Shown here piece by piece: positions 1 through 12,695 of a stretch of DNA of 64,000 nt. The stretch's first letter is position 1, and every line of letters starts with the position of its first letter. A model generated the notes under the pieces. That model ran no database searches. It was not told where the DNA came from and saw only the letters and a list, made by a program, of their open reading frames with translations. Position numbers and translations under genes: made by a program. This DNA is from Psammoneis japonica (Eukaryota), in assembly GCA_008632985.1 (NCBI GenBank), contig QPGO01000050.1:62001-126000 (forward strand). Direction: 5' to 3'.

Positions 1-59
1 TGCACTGTCACAAGCTCCCAAGAGGCAGCTGAATTGACAAGCCACCAACTTGCAGAGTG

Positions 60-620
60 TCAGTCAGCGACCCCAAGGTGAGGTGGAAAAAACAAGAACA
101 GATGGCATGACACAGCTGAATTTGTGGGTGTGTGCCCAGACCTCAAGGCCACCACAGCATGCAACATGTCATTGCCAACAAGGACACATTCACCAAGACA
201 ACAAGGACAACCATTGCTGAGCATGTGGGGTGCACCAAGTGTGCTGGTGCAGGAGAGCTGTGCATGGGCATGGCAGAGCCAAGGCTCCCAGCCCTCACAC
301 TCCACCTGCTGGCCCCACAACCAACCCTTTGGAGGCCATGATTGAGCAATGGAAACTGGCCTGCTGAGCCTGCCATGACAGTGCAAAGTGGAGACATGCC
401 AGCACCTCAAGGGATTTTGCTCTGGCACTGGGGCAATGCTCCCAGACTGCAAGGAACAGGGTGGAGGCCGCACATCAAGATTGGCCTGTGGTGAATGCAG
501 CCTCTGATGTGACAGAGCTGCTGGCTGCAATCAGGGCCTGCATGGCTCAATGCCAGACTTTGCACTGCCACCCAGTGTGCATCATCATCAAGGCCAAGTT
601 GGCTTCTTGCTCTTCAAGCA
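60..620 (+). mobile_element. Degenerate Ty1/copia (CoDi-like) gag fragment
   Basis: Broken frames read FVGVCPDL..., NKDTFTKTTRTTIAEHVG...GAGE, FALALGQCSQT and DWPVVNAASDVTELLAAIRACM, resembling diatom copia gag motifs. The sequence is TpA- and CpG-depleted. Confidence 0.6.
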
Positions 621-3600
621 GGGAAGGCACACATCCACCAGAGATGGCTGTTTGATTTGATGCCTGCAACTGCAACAACAGCTCATTGTGACTTGAGTGT
701 CCCCAGCTCTTGAAGATGCCTGAAATGTTGCCAATGAGTGCAACAAGACGGCTGACACCCAAAAACACTTTTTCATTGGGATGGAGAAACAATGCTTGCT
801 CCCACCACTTTGTGCCTCAAAACAGCACAGCCCATGTCACGGGGAGAAGAAAGAAACACATCAAAACATTTAAAATGATGTTTTCAGACAGACAAAGCTG
901 AGCCAGACCCTGATGGTCTGCATTGGAGGGGGGGAGAGGTCCAGCAGCGCAGTCACCAGCAACACTGGAACAAATTTCATTGATCTCACCCAAGAGCTTC
1001 TTTCCCATCAGCTGCACAGAACAGGCCATGCAGAGTGACCCCAGCTCTGGACAAAGAGCCAACCTTTTGGCCAGAGATGTGAAGAAGTTGCTGGGCACAA
1101 GTCAAAGCAAAAGCCACATGAAAGTCAAGGTAAAAAATGCTGAGCACTGACAAATGGTCTTGCACTCTGCAAGCAACAGTGCATGGAAATCCCTTCCAGT
1201 GTCCCCCAGTGAAATTTTCCATGTGCCCAATCCACAGAAAGAGCAGAAATGCTGGAAAACAAAGGAAATGAAATTTGGGTGATGCCTCTCCCAACACTGC
1301 TGTGCGGAGTGACTCAAAGACCAGTGGTGTCATTGAAATGACACCAACAATGTCCTCAGGGGATGACCGCAGCCATGGCATGTTGGAGCCGTCCCAAGCT
1401 TTTCCCATCATGATGTCACTCCAGCCCCCAACAAAGTGCTCTGTTTCATTCTGGTTTTCATCTTGAGCTGTTTCTGTTGACTGTGATGTGACTTGGGCTG
1501 CAGGTGGCTTTCTCTCATGACTTGCTCCTTGTTTGGCTGAGTCACCACACTTGAGGAGAGAGGAGTCATCATGTGTCACATGTTTGCTCAAACAACATGG
1601 CAAGTCGCCAGAGCCACAAGGAGACATCAGCACAAATGAAGGCATCAGAGAAAGCACAATCCCAGGGATGGAGCTGTGCCATGCATGGGTTTGTTGCACC
1701 ACTTGCACATGGTGTTGAGCACAAAATGCAAAGATGCATGATGCACATGGTGGCAGGAGCTTTGTGTCTGTGCAAGGGATTTTAGAGGCAGTGCAAAACA
1801 TTTGAGTCAGAATGTTTTGATGTTTGGCACTAAAAAGGGGCTGCATTTTCTGCTGAACACAAAACCTTCAAGCGACAATGACACACATTGTTGTTTTGTG
1901 GAATTCCGCTGGACACAAAACAATCATTTCTTAACAAAAATCACGTGTTGGATTTCACACCCATGCAAGCCATCAAGCAAGCTTGCAAGGATGCTGTGTG
2001 GGACAATGAGAGATTGGTTGCTCACAATGACAGCCCAGACCTCCTCTGTGCACACAGCAGCTGTGGTCTGCAGCCATCTCATTCACCCTGTGGATGCAGC
2101 TTTGAGTTGCCACCTCCCACTGACATTCAATCACCTCAAGGAGGCAGCAGCCAGCCAACCACCAAAGTGGCAGTTCTGCAAAGCACATGATGCTGCAGGA
2201 TGACTCAAGGTGCTGTTCTGTTCTTTTCTCCCCCTGCCTGTGTGGGTGACATCCTGGATGTTTGGCATTTTTTAAAAGAGAGGTGCGCCTCAGTGACTGC
2301 TGTCTTCAACAATCAAAATGTTTGATGCAATGCAGCAGACAAAGTGATGGCATCTCTGAGGTGTTGCATGAACCTGATGACCTCTCAAGGCTTTATGAAA
2401 ATGCAAAGCGACCTGCTGCACAGAAGTGGTGCCAGTGTCGCCAACTTCAAGTGACAAGCCACCTGTCTGACTGCAACACCAGCAAAGAAATGCAACCATC
2501 AGAGATGCTCAAAACAATCATCCCCACCAATGTGTGGTCAAACCCCATCCATCAGGTGAAGTGGGGGACAATGTTGTGTTTGCAGCGCAAAAGAAACCAA
2601 ACAATGTGGTGGAGTTCAGCCTGGAAGTTGCCAGGCACATCATGCTGCTTTGGTGAAACTCACAGCAAATGTGATGTTGTTTTGTCCTTCCTTTGAGAAG
2701 AGCACTGGCTTCAATGTTGTCATGCTGGAGGAAAGGAATGTTGTTGAATGCACACTGAATTCCCAACAGACCAGCTGAACTTGAATCCCACACATTGGAC
2801 ATTCCTGGTCAAACTCTGGATGTCCGTCAACTAAAAACATGCAGTGATTGTTGGACTCACCATTGTTGCCATCATTGGTTTGGTTGTTTGCCTGTTTGTT
2901 GGACCAATGTGTGGCAGCAGAAATGAAACTGCTGTGGAACCAGCGCACGGACAGGAAAGGCTCTTTTGGCTGTGGTCTGAATGCAGCATTTAACAATGAA
3001 GATTCTGAGTCATGGGAAATGGCAACTGAGGATTTTTGGAGGACTTTTTCAGCCTTAGAGACCACCTTGGAAATGACAGAAGCAACAGTTGGCATGACTT
3101 CAATGGCACACTGATTCTTTGTTGCAAGTCACTTGCAACCAGAATTTCACCTTTGCCTCCAAAAATGCCTCTGTGACCACAGTTGAAAAGTTGGTGAATG
3201 AGCCATTCAATGCGGCCAAAAGCAGATGACACACAGGTGTTGTGGGTGTGATGACCAGAAGTGGCGTGTCTTCTGCGATTTGGCAGGAATGAGCCAAGTG
3301 CTCACTTGCACAAGCATCAGTCCCACAGATTCTTTGTCCTCTCTCAACTCAACCCAAAGCCCTTCCTCTCTGTCCCCATTGGCAACAGTGACACCCTCCA
3401 TTGCCCAGCAGCCAGGGTTCTCCTGTGACCTTCTTGTGCCATTTTTGCCCTGACAAAGCATCCATCAAATTCTGCTTTGAAAACTCAGCAAATTGATGCA
3501 GCTTTCACAAGCATTGACAGCTGTTGGTTGCTTGATCCTCTTGCCTTGGGTGAGGAGGGATCAGCACATGTTGCTGCAACAATTGTTGTTTGTTCCAGGG

Positions 3601-6300
3601 GCAGTCAGGGTTGACTTGCTCCCAATTTGTTGTTCCCAATCAAACCATTTCTCTGCCACAGCGCAGTCATCTCAGATCATTTGGACTGATTTTGCCAAGC
3701 TCATTTGCACCACTTCCTGCTGCTGTGACACCAACAAGTCCCTGCCCAAGGATGTTCCATTGACAGAGCCTTCACCTCTTCCATCTGTGCTGACAGTGAA
3801 GCTTGCTGACTGAACAGCCATCAAGGTTGCCTGCAACAAAACATTGAAGGTGATGTGCACAACAAGAGGGATTCCATCCAGCCTCATGGCAACCCAACAT
3901 CATTTGCACATGCAAATCCAAGCAGCTCTGCCCATTGCAAACATTCCTCTGAGTCACATTCATTGGCAAATGTGATGACAGAGACCACACTGCAAATGTT
4001 TGCATGCTTCTGCTCAAATGGTGGAAAACACACCAGCCAGATCCTGTGCAATTGAATTGGTTGGTGGCAGGACAAATCCTGTGCATTTCTCTGCAGCCCA
4101 CTTGCTGCTGGGAAACTGATGTCTTTGTTTAAGAAGAGGTGCTGCAGGTGGGAGCACTCATGACAAAGTCTTGTTGGGAGCCAAGTTGGCAGTCTTGGAT
4201 GCAAACCACTGGTTGCCTTCCCTTGAGATGATCCCAACTGTGGCACCACAAGCACATGAAAAGAGATGCTCTGATTTGCAATGCAGTGGCTAATCTTTTG
4301 TTTTGTTTCTTCACAATCTTGATCTGCGTGCCTGACATTCTGCAGCACACTGACCAATCTGAAAACCAAGCTGGATTGCACAACTGAATTAGAGTGGCAA
4401 AGCATCTCATGCAGAAGGAAGAAGCGTTTCTTGTGCTGAACAGCTTCATTGACTTCAATTTTCCTTCACAAATTGTTTGACAGTTGTGCCTCTGCTTTTG
4501 AAAAAGAATGTGCCACTTTGGACTTTTGCTTTAGAAACAACTTGATTTGCATGTCCACAAAGTGAGTTTGAGTTTGAGTGCAACATGGACCCTTCATTCT
4601 TGTTCACATGTTGTTTGAAAACAATGGTGTGTTTTGGAACCAGCTTGATTTACATGTGCATCCAATGCAAGCTTGAACTCAAGACCCAATGCAGTCAATC
4701 AAACTCTCATTCACAAGGCTTCAAGATGGCTGCACCTCTGATCTCAACAGCAAAGGCCTGCTTTTGGAAAAAGACAGGGTGACTTGAACAAAGAGCTCAA
4801 CATGCAAACATGTCAAAACTGCATCCACATAAAAATGCTTGGCAATCCTCCCCAATCAAACATCTTGTTGGAGTTGCAATCATCACAAAGACTGCACAAA
4901 TGACATCTCCAATGAACATCCCCCAACAAGCATCTTGCAAGCCACAATCTGTGTTGTTGCACAAGATGTCACTGAAAAATTTGAAGCAACCCAAGCCAAG
5001 CTTGTCCAAAAGATGATCATCTGTCATCTGCTTCTCATGTTTGTTGCCCAATTTCATGTTGTGTGGTGGGACACAGTCATGGTTGATTTGACCCTAAAAA
5101 TCTTTTCCTCAAACATCTTGTTTGAATGGCAACAATGTGCACACTGTCCCTTCTTGAATTTGGGTGTTGGCTCCTTCCAAGTCTTCTCAACGTGGTTGTC
5201 ACAGTGGCAAGACATGTCATCCTCAGTTGCTGGCAAATGTGATCCCATCATGTGCACATGAATGGAAAAGGCCAGCGCCATTTCCAACATGAGATGCAAG
5301 AGAAGCTCCATGAGGCTGCTGACATCAACATTCTTGAAAGCCACACCAAAGTAAAACACACAATGGCAGCAGTCAAATTGAAGCACTTGCAAAGTTGACA
5401 TGCTCAATGCAGCCCTGGGACATGCCAACAACAAGACCCGCACACTTCATCAAGATTGATTTGGACTTGATGGCAAAGAAATGGAGCTTGCTCTGGACTG
5501 AAGACCCAATGATGGAGGACCAAATCAAACAAATGGTCATGTTGGGAGAAACCACTGCTGCTTGACAAGCAAAAAGTCCCCCCATGAGCTCCATCAGCCC
5601 CTGGTGCAATCCACAGACAAATGTTGAGAATGTTGTGACAGAAACAACATCAAGATCTTGCAGCAAGATGTGATGGCCAACCCAAAGAGCAGCATGAAGC
5701 CAGTCGCTTGTGCTCTTGCAAGTTGAGCCACCACTCCAGTCAAGTCACAGTGGCTGATGCTGATCATGGTGTTTACAAAGAGGATGGACAACAACATGGT
5801 GATGATGGCGATGCAATGTCTGTGTTGCTTGTGGGTCTGCCTTTTCAAAGAAATTGTTGCAGTTTGAGTTGATGCCTTTCAAAGAGCGCTCCAACAGTCA
5901 TCGGGACAACAAAGACACACAGAATGCACGAGGAGTCCTGGCCAAAAGAAAGTCTTGGCACCATTTTGCTGTGCTGACATTGGGCTGGATGATGGATGTG
6001 CATCAGCCAAAACCAAACAAAAACATCATGGTTGCTGCATTCTGACATCGAGTGTCAATCATCGGTCTTGACCAGCTTGTGGTTGCTTGCCTGAGATTTG
6101 ACGGATTTTTTTGTGGTCACAGGAAAGTTCACCAATTTCTGTTTTGTCTTTTTGTCTGTCAAGCATTTTTTGTTTTTTGTCCAGCACAGAGGCAATTGTG
6201 TGACAATGTCTGTTTTCATTGGCTGATCTTTTCACGCTGCAGCCTCTGTGTTGTGTGTGAGGCCAATGCTGCGCAACATGTCTGTCGTGCTTTCCATTGC
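620..6300. mobile_element. Highly decayed repeat-derived DNA nested between copia gag and RT, possibly including a minus-strand non-LTR retrotransposon remnant (about 2200-5700)
   Basis: Almost no TA or CG and no intact gene. Only faint RT/APE-like words on the minus strand (FRLVSVLQN, ITFNVLLQA, DDCAVA, MFIGDV), so the family assignment is weak. Confidence 0.3.
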
Positions 6301-6309
6301 TGACACGTC

Positions 6310-7946
6310 CATGATGCAATGGCCACACAAGTCCAAGGACAAGACTGGTGCCCCCACAGCCAGTGCAGAAGCCCTGTTCTTTTCAGCAGTCTTTGATGCT
6401 CAGGAGGGCCAAAAAGACATGACCACTGACACACCGGGCACCTTCATGCATTCTGACACAGACAAGCCAACACACACAAAGCTCAAAGGTGATGTGGCAA
6501 TGTTGCTTGCCAAGGTGTTGATCCCAAGAAGCACTGGAAGTGCGCTGTGCATGAGAGCCGGAAACCATCACATGTGTTGATCTGAAAAAAGATCTGTGCA
6601 GAGCAACCCACAGGGAGCCATGTCATTCTGAAAGAACCTGTCTTTTTTCAGGCAGAGGAGCTGGTGGTGGGCTGCAAGATGAGTCCGTTGGGCTGGTGCA
6701 CTGTCAACAAGACACAGTCAATGGCAAGCAGCACACTGCAGTGTGGCACATCAATGATCTCATGCTGCAGAACATTGAGCAGGACATGCTGGAAGAACGA
6801 GCATGGTCAGGAGACCCCAGCCACCACTCACCGGGGTGCCGCTCACAAACACACCTGGGCACGATGATTGGCTGTTCCACACTGGGTGAGGTGAAGTTCA
6901 CCACGGGCAATTGTGCCACCAACCTTGGGACAAGGTTCTGGCAAACACAGGCACCAGCATGGCCAGCACCCCAGCAGCCAAGCAAATCTTTGACAGCCAA
7001 GCTTGCCAGCAACAAAGCTGCGACAATGCTCCATCACCTCACCAACAAGCTGCTGCATCTGGCCAAGAGAGCACAGCCAGACTTGCAGGCCACAGCAGCA
7101 CTCCTCACTGCACACATGACTGGCCCTGACCAAAATGACTGGGGAAAACTTTTGCAATGCATTGGGTGCTTGTGGAAGAACTTGCGTGAGTTTTGGTGCT
7201 TGTCACCCTGAAGGCCAAGGAAGGCTTGGACATTGAGTGGTGAACGGATCATGCTTCCTTCACCCTGCACACAACCCTGACCTGAGAAATCATGCTGGTG
7301 CTGCTGTCTCCCCTGGGCAAGAGATCTGTGTGTGCTCTGCTTCTGCCAAACAGAAACCAAGAGCTCCGCTGAGGCCAGGTTGGAATGAGTGGCAGCATGC
7401 ACGGCCTCCTGGTCACCTGGACTCATGGCTTCCTCACCATGGCACAGGGGCTTGATGTGCTGTCCTTGACAATGCATCATTTTCCAGAACAGCCAGAGTG
7501 CCCCCACGCTGCTGGAGCATTGCTGGACCTGCACCCAGCACGTTGACGCCAGGAGCTCATTTGTCTCTGACAGGACCAACAAGAAGAAGGAGGTGAGAGC
7601 AGCCTGCTGCCCTGCTGAGGAGATGTGAGCTGATTTCTTTACCCCAAGCTTCTGCAGGGTGGCCTGTTGCTCAAAAACTTCTGCAGGCTGATCTTCAACC
7701 TCCCGGATGATCCAGAAAAATCCACACCACAGGAGCACGCGAGTTGGGGATGGCGCCAGAGCCCAGAGCTGTGCTGTTTCTTTGTCTCTGACAGGACCAA
7801 GAAGAAGGAGGCGAGAGCAGCCTGCTGCCCCACTGAGGAGATGTGGGCTGATTTCTTCACCCCAAGCTTTTGCAGGGTGGCTTGCTCAAAAAGTTTCGCA
7901 CCTCAACCTCCCACATGATCCAGAAGAATCCACACCACCACAGGAG
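6310..7946 (+). mobile_element. Degenerate Ty1/copia reverse transcriptase-RNase H
   Basis: HKSKDKTGAPTASAEALF...DTPGTFMHSD, WHINDL (YVDD-equivalent region), AQPDLQ...GPDQNDWGKL and EEMWADFFT (RNase H ADFFTK motif), with many frameshifts. Confidence 0.8.
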
Positions 7947-7983
7947 TGCATTGGGGATGGCGCCAGAACCCAGAGCTGTGCTG
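7560..7983 (+). repeat. Tandem duplication (about 220 bp, two copies) of the copia RNase H end, PPT and LTR start
   Basis: ttgtctctgacaggaccaa...ggatggcgccaga.cccagagctgtgctg occurs at about 7560-7776 and 7781-7983. Confidence 0.85.
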
Positions 7984-8176
7984 ATGCAGCCAAGGGTTCT
8001 GGAGCTGGCGTGACCAGTGTCGAGTCTTCCAGACACTCCAGAAGATCTGGGGGTGGCCAGAAAGATGCAAAGTGCGCCCTCTTCCCCCCGGAGCAAAAAT
8101 CGGGGAAGGTGGAAGATCCTCGGGAGAGGGAGAATTGCGCTTCTCTCATTCTCTCGCGGAAACCTAAAAGTTGACG
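7947..8176 (+). repeat. Candidate 3' LTR of the copia remnant
   Basis: Follows a PPT-like caggag and begins tgcattg, which would be TGTATTG before TA mutation. The right end is approximate and no 5' LTR is in the window. Confidence 0.35.
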
Positions 8177-8415
8177 AGAGTGTGTCATTGCGCAGGTGTG
8201 TTGTCTTCTGTTGCACGCTTTTGCTCTTTTTTAGGGAGCAGGGCCGAGGACACAACGTCAAATGTGTGCCATCTGCTCCAACAGTGACCTGCCGACATGC
8301 GCGATGCGCACTGTGCATGTAGTGCGGTAGTGAAAAATGCGAAGAGAGCAGGCTGACACGCTGTTGTCACATCATTCAAAAGATACGCCGCCGCTCTCTG
8401 CTTGACCCAACGACG

Positions 8416-9213
8416 ATGCTTGTCGCAGCAAGGAAGCTTGCAACCGTCTTCCTTTTCTTGGTAGCGGGCACTGGGCATGCGTTTGTTTTGCCCTCTTTGC
8501 CTTCGGATTCCACGCGATGTTGTTGGAAGATGGCAACAACAAGACTGCACTGTATGAGGAAATCACGCGAGGATTCAATCCATGCCGGTTATGTTGGAGA
8601 TCTCGCACGTGCATTTGGCGTTGCTTTCACCATCTTGTCATTGAACACTACCCCTACGTTTGCCGCCCCGTTGGAAATTCAAGATGCATTGGTTGGTAAG
8701 AACATTTCAATTTTCTGTTTGGTCATATCTGGTCACGGGCGTCGCCTCATCTTTGTATTTTTTTGTAAAGGAGTTTCTTCTTCAACAATCCAGCTGTCAG
8801 ATGAAGTCAAAACTCTGGACATGTCTCTTCCATCTTATAGCTCCATAGCAGATCCAAAAGCATCGGTTGAAAATGTTCCCGAGTTGAGCGTCAAGCCCTC
8901 TCCTACCACAAAAGTTGGAATTGTCTCGCCTAGGAAAAAGAAATCTGCGCCTGCGAAAACTTCGTCTGAACCTCCTATAAAGATGAGTACTTTCCTTCCA
9001 TCCATGGACAAGAAACCTCAAAGCAAAGACAGAGAATCTCAATCTGTAGCGAAGGAAAAGAAACGAACCTCGAAGGCAGAAAAGTCTCCGAAGGCGGTAA
9101 AAGAGGAGGATAAAGATGAGAAACAGCCAAAGGTCGACATTGTGGACATGAGCATGCCGACCTACGATGAAAGTAGTGTGAGTGGACAGAAGGGTAGCGT
9201 TTTTGCTCTCTGA
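8416..9213 (+). CDS. Hypothetical signal-peptide, probably plastid-targeted protein; intron about 8696-8770
   Basis: Hydrophobic N-terminus ending GHA-F, an in-frame 75-bp GT...AG intron, a Lys/Ser/Glu-rich linker between DMSLPSY and DMSMPTY, and normal TA content. Confidence 0.7.
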   Translation: MLVAARKLATVFLFLVAGTGHAFVLPSLPSDSTRCCWKMATTRLHCMRKSREDSIHAGYVGDLARAFGVAFTILSLNTTPTFAAPLEIQDALVGKNISIFCLVISGHGRRLIFVFFCKGVSSSTIQLSDEVKTLDMSLPSYSSIADPKASVENVPELSVKPSPTTKVGIVSPRKKKSAPAKTSSEPPIKMSTFLPSMDKKPQSKDRESQSVAKEKKRTSKAEKSPKAVKEEDKDEKQPKVDIVDMSMPTYDESSVSGQKGSVFAL

Positions 9214-9673
9214 GCATATGAGATAGGAATTCAAAATAAAGCATGACGCATTCATGTTCCAGTCTTGGGCATTGTTTAAACTCTAGAGCTACCGGTAGAG
9301 GGGTCAGCCGCCGTGCTTGCGCGCTTCATTTCCTCTAGTACCGGTGCAGCGCCTTTTGCAGTGCAATGCATTTCCCTTACACTGGTCGGGTTGAGATGAA
9401 AAAGATACTATAGCTAGGTAGACCCTCTCTCTAGCTAGCTAATGCACTGGCGGAGTCCGGAGGGACCAAGTTGTCAGTTGTTGTTGTTGTGTCTCGTGTG
9501 GTTGTTGTTGTTGAATAGTTCGACCAAATAACACCACGTCATCGTCACACTCAGCGCGCTGACCGCCCCACGTTTCTTTTCGCGCGCGAAGAAAGATCCA
9601 GATTCCAAAGATCCGTCTCCAGTCTCGCGTGTTCAGTGTCACACACAAAGAAGCGTTAGAAGAAAGAGGATCG

Positions 9674-10826
9674 ATGAAGGTCACATCGTTAGTAGCTAGT
9701 GCAATGTTTGCGGTGACTACCTCCGCGTTCGCCCCCCATGCAAACCTGGCGTTCCGTCATGGCGCTCGCAGGGCCTTCTCTCGTTCTTCCATGACCAGAT
9801 GGCCAACCCCAAAGGTATGTGGATGGATGTCGACAGTTGACAACCTCACGTCCTACAAACACTCATCAACTTGTCTTGGTTATTCTTTCTCAAAACGTGG
9901 TAGTGTACTTTGACATGGAGGTTGGTGGTGAGGACGTCGGCCGCATCACTTTTGAACTCCGTGCTGATGTTGCGCCCAAGACTGCGGAGAACTTCCGTGC
10001 CCTTTGCACTGGGCGAAAAAGGCTTTGGATATCAAGGATCTAGCTTTCATCGCGTGAGTCATGGATTCGTCGTGTTCGCTTTCTTGCGATGGTAATCCTC
10101 CTCTCTTATGCTACTTTGTTCTCTCCTTTTGGATCATAGGTTATTCCTCAGTTTATGTGCCAGGTACGTCATAGCGGGATTAAAGTCTTGGAATCTTTGT
10201 TTTAGCCGACAGTGTAGCTAACGAAGCTTTGTCCAACAATCGCTCTCGCGGTTATTCAGGGGGGTGATTTCACCAATCATAATGGAACTGGAGGGAAATC
10301 TATCTACGGCGCGAAGTTTGAGGACGTGAGTTACCCCGTTTATCTCTTCATGTTTGTCTCAGCCCTGTTTCATGTTCATGTCTGCTGAATCTTGCCCTTC
10401 TGTTTCTCTCCTCTCCGTGCGTAGGAGAACTTCGACCTTCCTCATACAGGACGAGGCATTCTGAGTATGGCAAACGCGGGACCCAACACCAATGGTAGTT
10501 CTTCCTATCCAGTTTATTTCTACCTCTTGATGTGTCTCTCTTGTTCTTAATACACTCTTTATCGTTCTCGCAGGATCGCAGTTTTTCATCTGTACGGTTG
10601 ATACTCCGTGGTTGGACGGGAAGCACTGTGTGTTCGGAAAGGTCATTGGTGAGTATAGTGGAGCATCAGAAGTTTAATGTCGCAAATGATATCTGACCGT
10701 ATTGCCTCTTACTGGTAATTGACAGATGGACTTGACGTTGTCGACAAGATCGAAGCAGTTGGATCACAGAGTGGAGCTACCTCGAAGTCTGTTGTAATCA
10801 AGGAGAGTGGCGAGATTCAGAGTAAC
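9674..10826 (+). CDS. Cyclophilin-type peptidyl-prolyl isomerase with ASAFAP-like presequence, multi-exon
   Basis: [21 protein letters not shown], then exons VYFDMEVGG...[62 protein letters not shown] and [12 protein letters not shown]. Apparent 1-bp indels near 9790 and 10010. The 3' end is uncertain (10826 or 10892). Confidence 0.92.
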
Positions 10827-11138
10827 TTTTCTGTTGGCTCAGATCGAACGTGGACCATCCCGTTTAGCTACACCGTCATCAGCACTAAATAGTGAATAGT
10901 GATTTGTGGGAGAGAGTAGATGAGCTAATTTAATCCGTTTTTACTCTGGTTGCTAATATTGTAAAATTTCTAGTTCATGTTGCAACCGAAATCGATGGAC
11001 TTGGCTACATCACGCGTGGTCGTAAATACGAGTTCATGTTACCAATTTGTTAAATGCCATTCACTCAGCAAAATTGATTGTTACGCCAAAAGAGTCGAAC
11101 AACGCTAGCCGGTGGTTGTTCTTTCTCATTAAGGCCGG

Positions 11139-11760
11139 TTATGCAATGTCACCTAGACAAGATGAGCCACCACGGACGTTCGAGCAACCTCCAGTCATTT
11201 CTATTGATGCAAAAGGGCCCGTCGGGGACAAACATTTCTCATTTTGTATATCCTGCCAACTTTCCGGCTCTGCCTCTTCCAAACTAATTTCATCATCCAA
11301 CATTGATTCTTTAAGGCCGTCAAGAGAGCGAGGCGATGACGCGAGACGAAGTGTTCGTCTAGAGTTAAGAACCAACGATGCCCGTTGTCGAGTTGTGCTT
11401 TTCATTTCCCGATGTCGCTTAATCCATCGCACAAACTGAACTGATGAATCCCGTGTTTCGTTCTCGGCCACCTCGTCCCTGTGTTTTGTCGATTCACAAA
11501 ATCAAAATGTGAGACGTGGAGGTGGCCTGCATTTAGTTTTCGACAAAACCTAAGCCACACACAAAAACCAGATAACCTACCAGGACGAAAATTCGGAAGT
11601 CGAGCCATCCCCATCATCACAGTCGTACTCGGAACGGTCTTCTGCCTCCTGAGGTTCAGTGTGCAAGAGTCGAGTAATGACTCGTTTCGTTTTTCTCTTG
11701 AACCAAAACCACCAAACGGCGAGCACAACAGGTACCAAAAGACAATTATATGTAACATTC
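11139..11760 (-). CDS. Hypothetical protein, probably two exons
   Basis: ORFs 11402-11758 and 11139-11471 are separated by a GT...CAG intron-like segment (about 11481-11580). No recognisable domain and the start is unclear. Confidence 0.3.
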
Positions 11761-12695
11761 ACCGGTCCAGGTGTCAGCACCGGTATTCTTGCGGGATTTT
11801 TGAGTGCATCTCTTTCGTCACGACTCTTCGACTATTATTCTGGTCTCTGTTAACGCCAATATGACTGGTTTGAAAAGCTTGCTCAGTCCTTTGTCTTTTC
11901 ATGATACAGATCCACCCAATCGACCACCATAAATCAGATAACTATCAGCAACAGCACGAATCAGCAACGTGACATTGGGGTAGCGTTACGAAAGTACAGA
12001 GAAGACTGGAAAATCAGAGAGATTCACGCCATTCACGCAGGGAAAAGGTGCGGTTTACTCCCTCTGATTTGAATAGTCTTGATCGTCCTTCTCCTTTTGG
12101 TTATTCTGCTGCTGTAAAAACAAAGAAGGTTGGACGTAGTCGACTGATAAAATGATGAATAGTCTACCGTACACCGTCAACAACACACAACACTCTTTGC
12201 TCGTTTTTGAGGCATAATCTGACGCAAAAATTCACTTCCTTTCTTACCTCTACATTACTGTAGCTCTTTATTCTGATATATAAAATTCATCATTGTAGGC
12301 CTACATACGCAATATAATAATCAGCCCCGAGCAAAGCTTTCACAAAATCACTGTCATTCGATCCGCACCCCAGCCAAGGATAAACCCACAAACCAACCCC
12401 CCGACCATTCCTACTAGCTAGTAGAGGGTACCGGTACTCTTTAACTAGCTATAGAGTAGCTGGAGTAGAGAGAAATCAAGTTAGTAGTGTGAGAAGCGTC
12501 GTTTGCAGCTAGCTACTAGCTTTTGAGTAGATGAAGATAGTTTCATACGGTACTATCCGCCACCCCTTATTAGGCATGAGATTGATCTGACCAAATGAAA
12601 ATTGTTGTGAAGCAAACAGTTGGGAACGATTCGGTATCTCGAAAGCCATTTGAACGATCTGCGTCGTTTCGTTTTGGAGGTGCTGCTTTCCAGTG

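Noticed and set aside
1..8320. Dozens of overlapping Cys/His-rich ORFs here and at 19-21.8, 34.8-51 and 59.2-64 kb, read as metal-binding proteins or a sign of an alternative genetic code
   Set aside because: They are by-products of TpA loss. Real genes in the window use the standard code, with Tyr and TAA/TAG/TGA stops.
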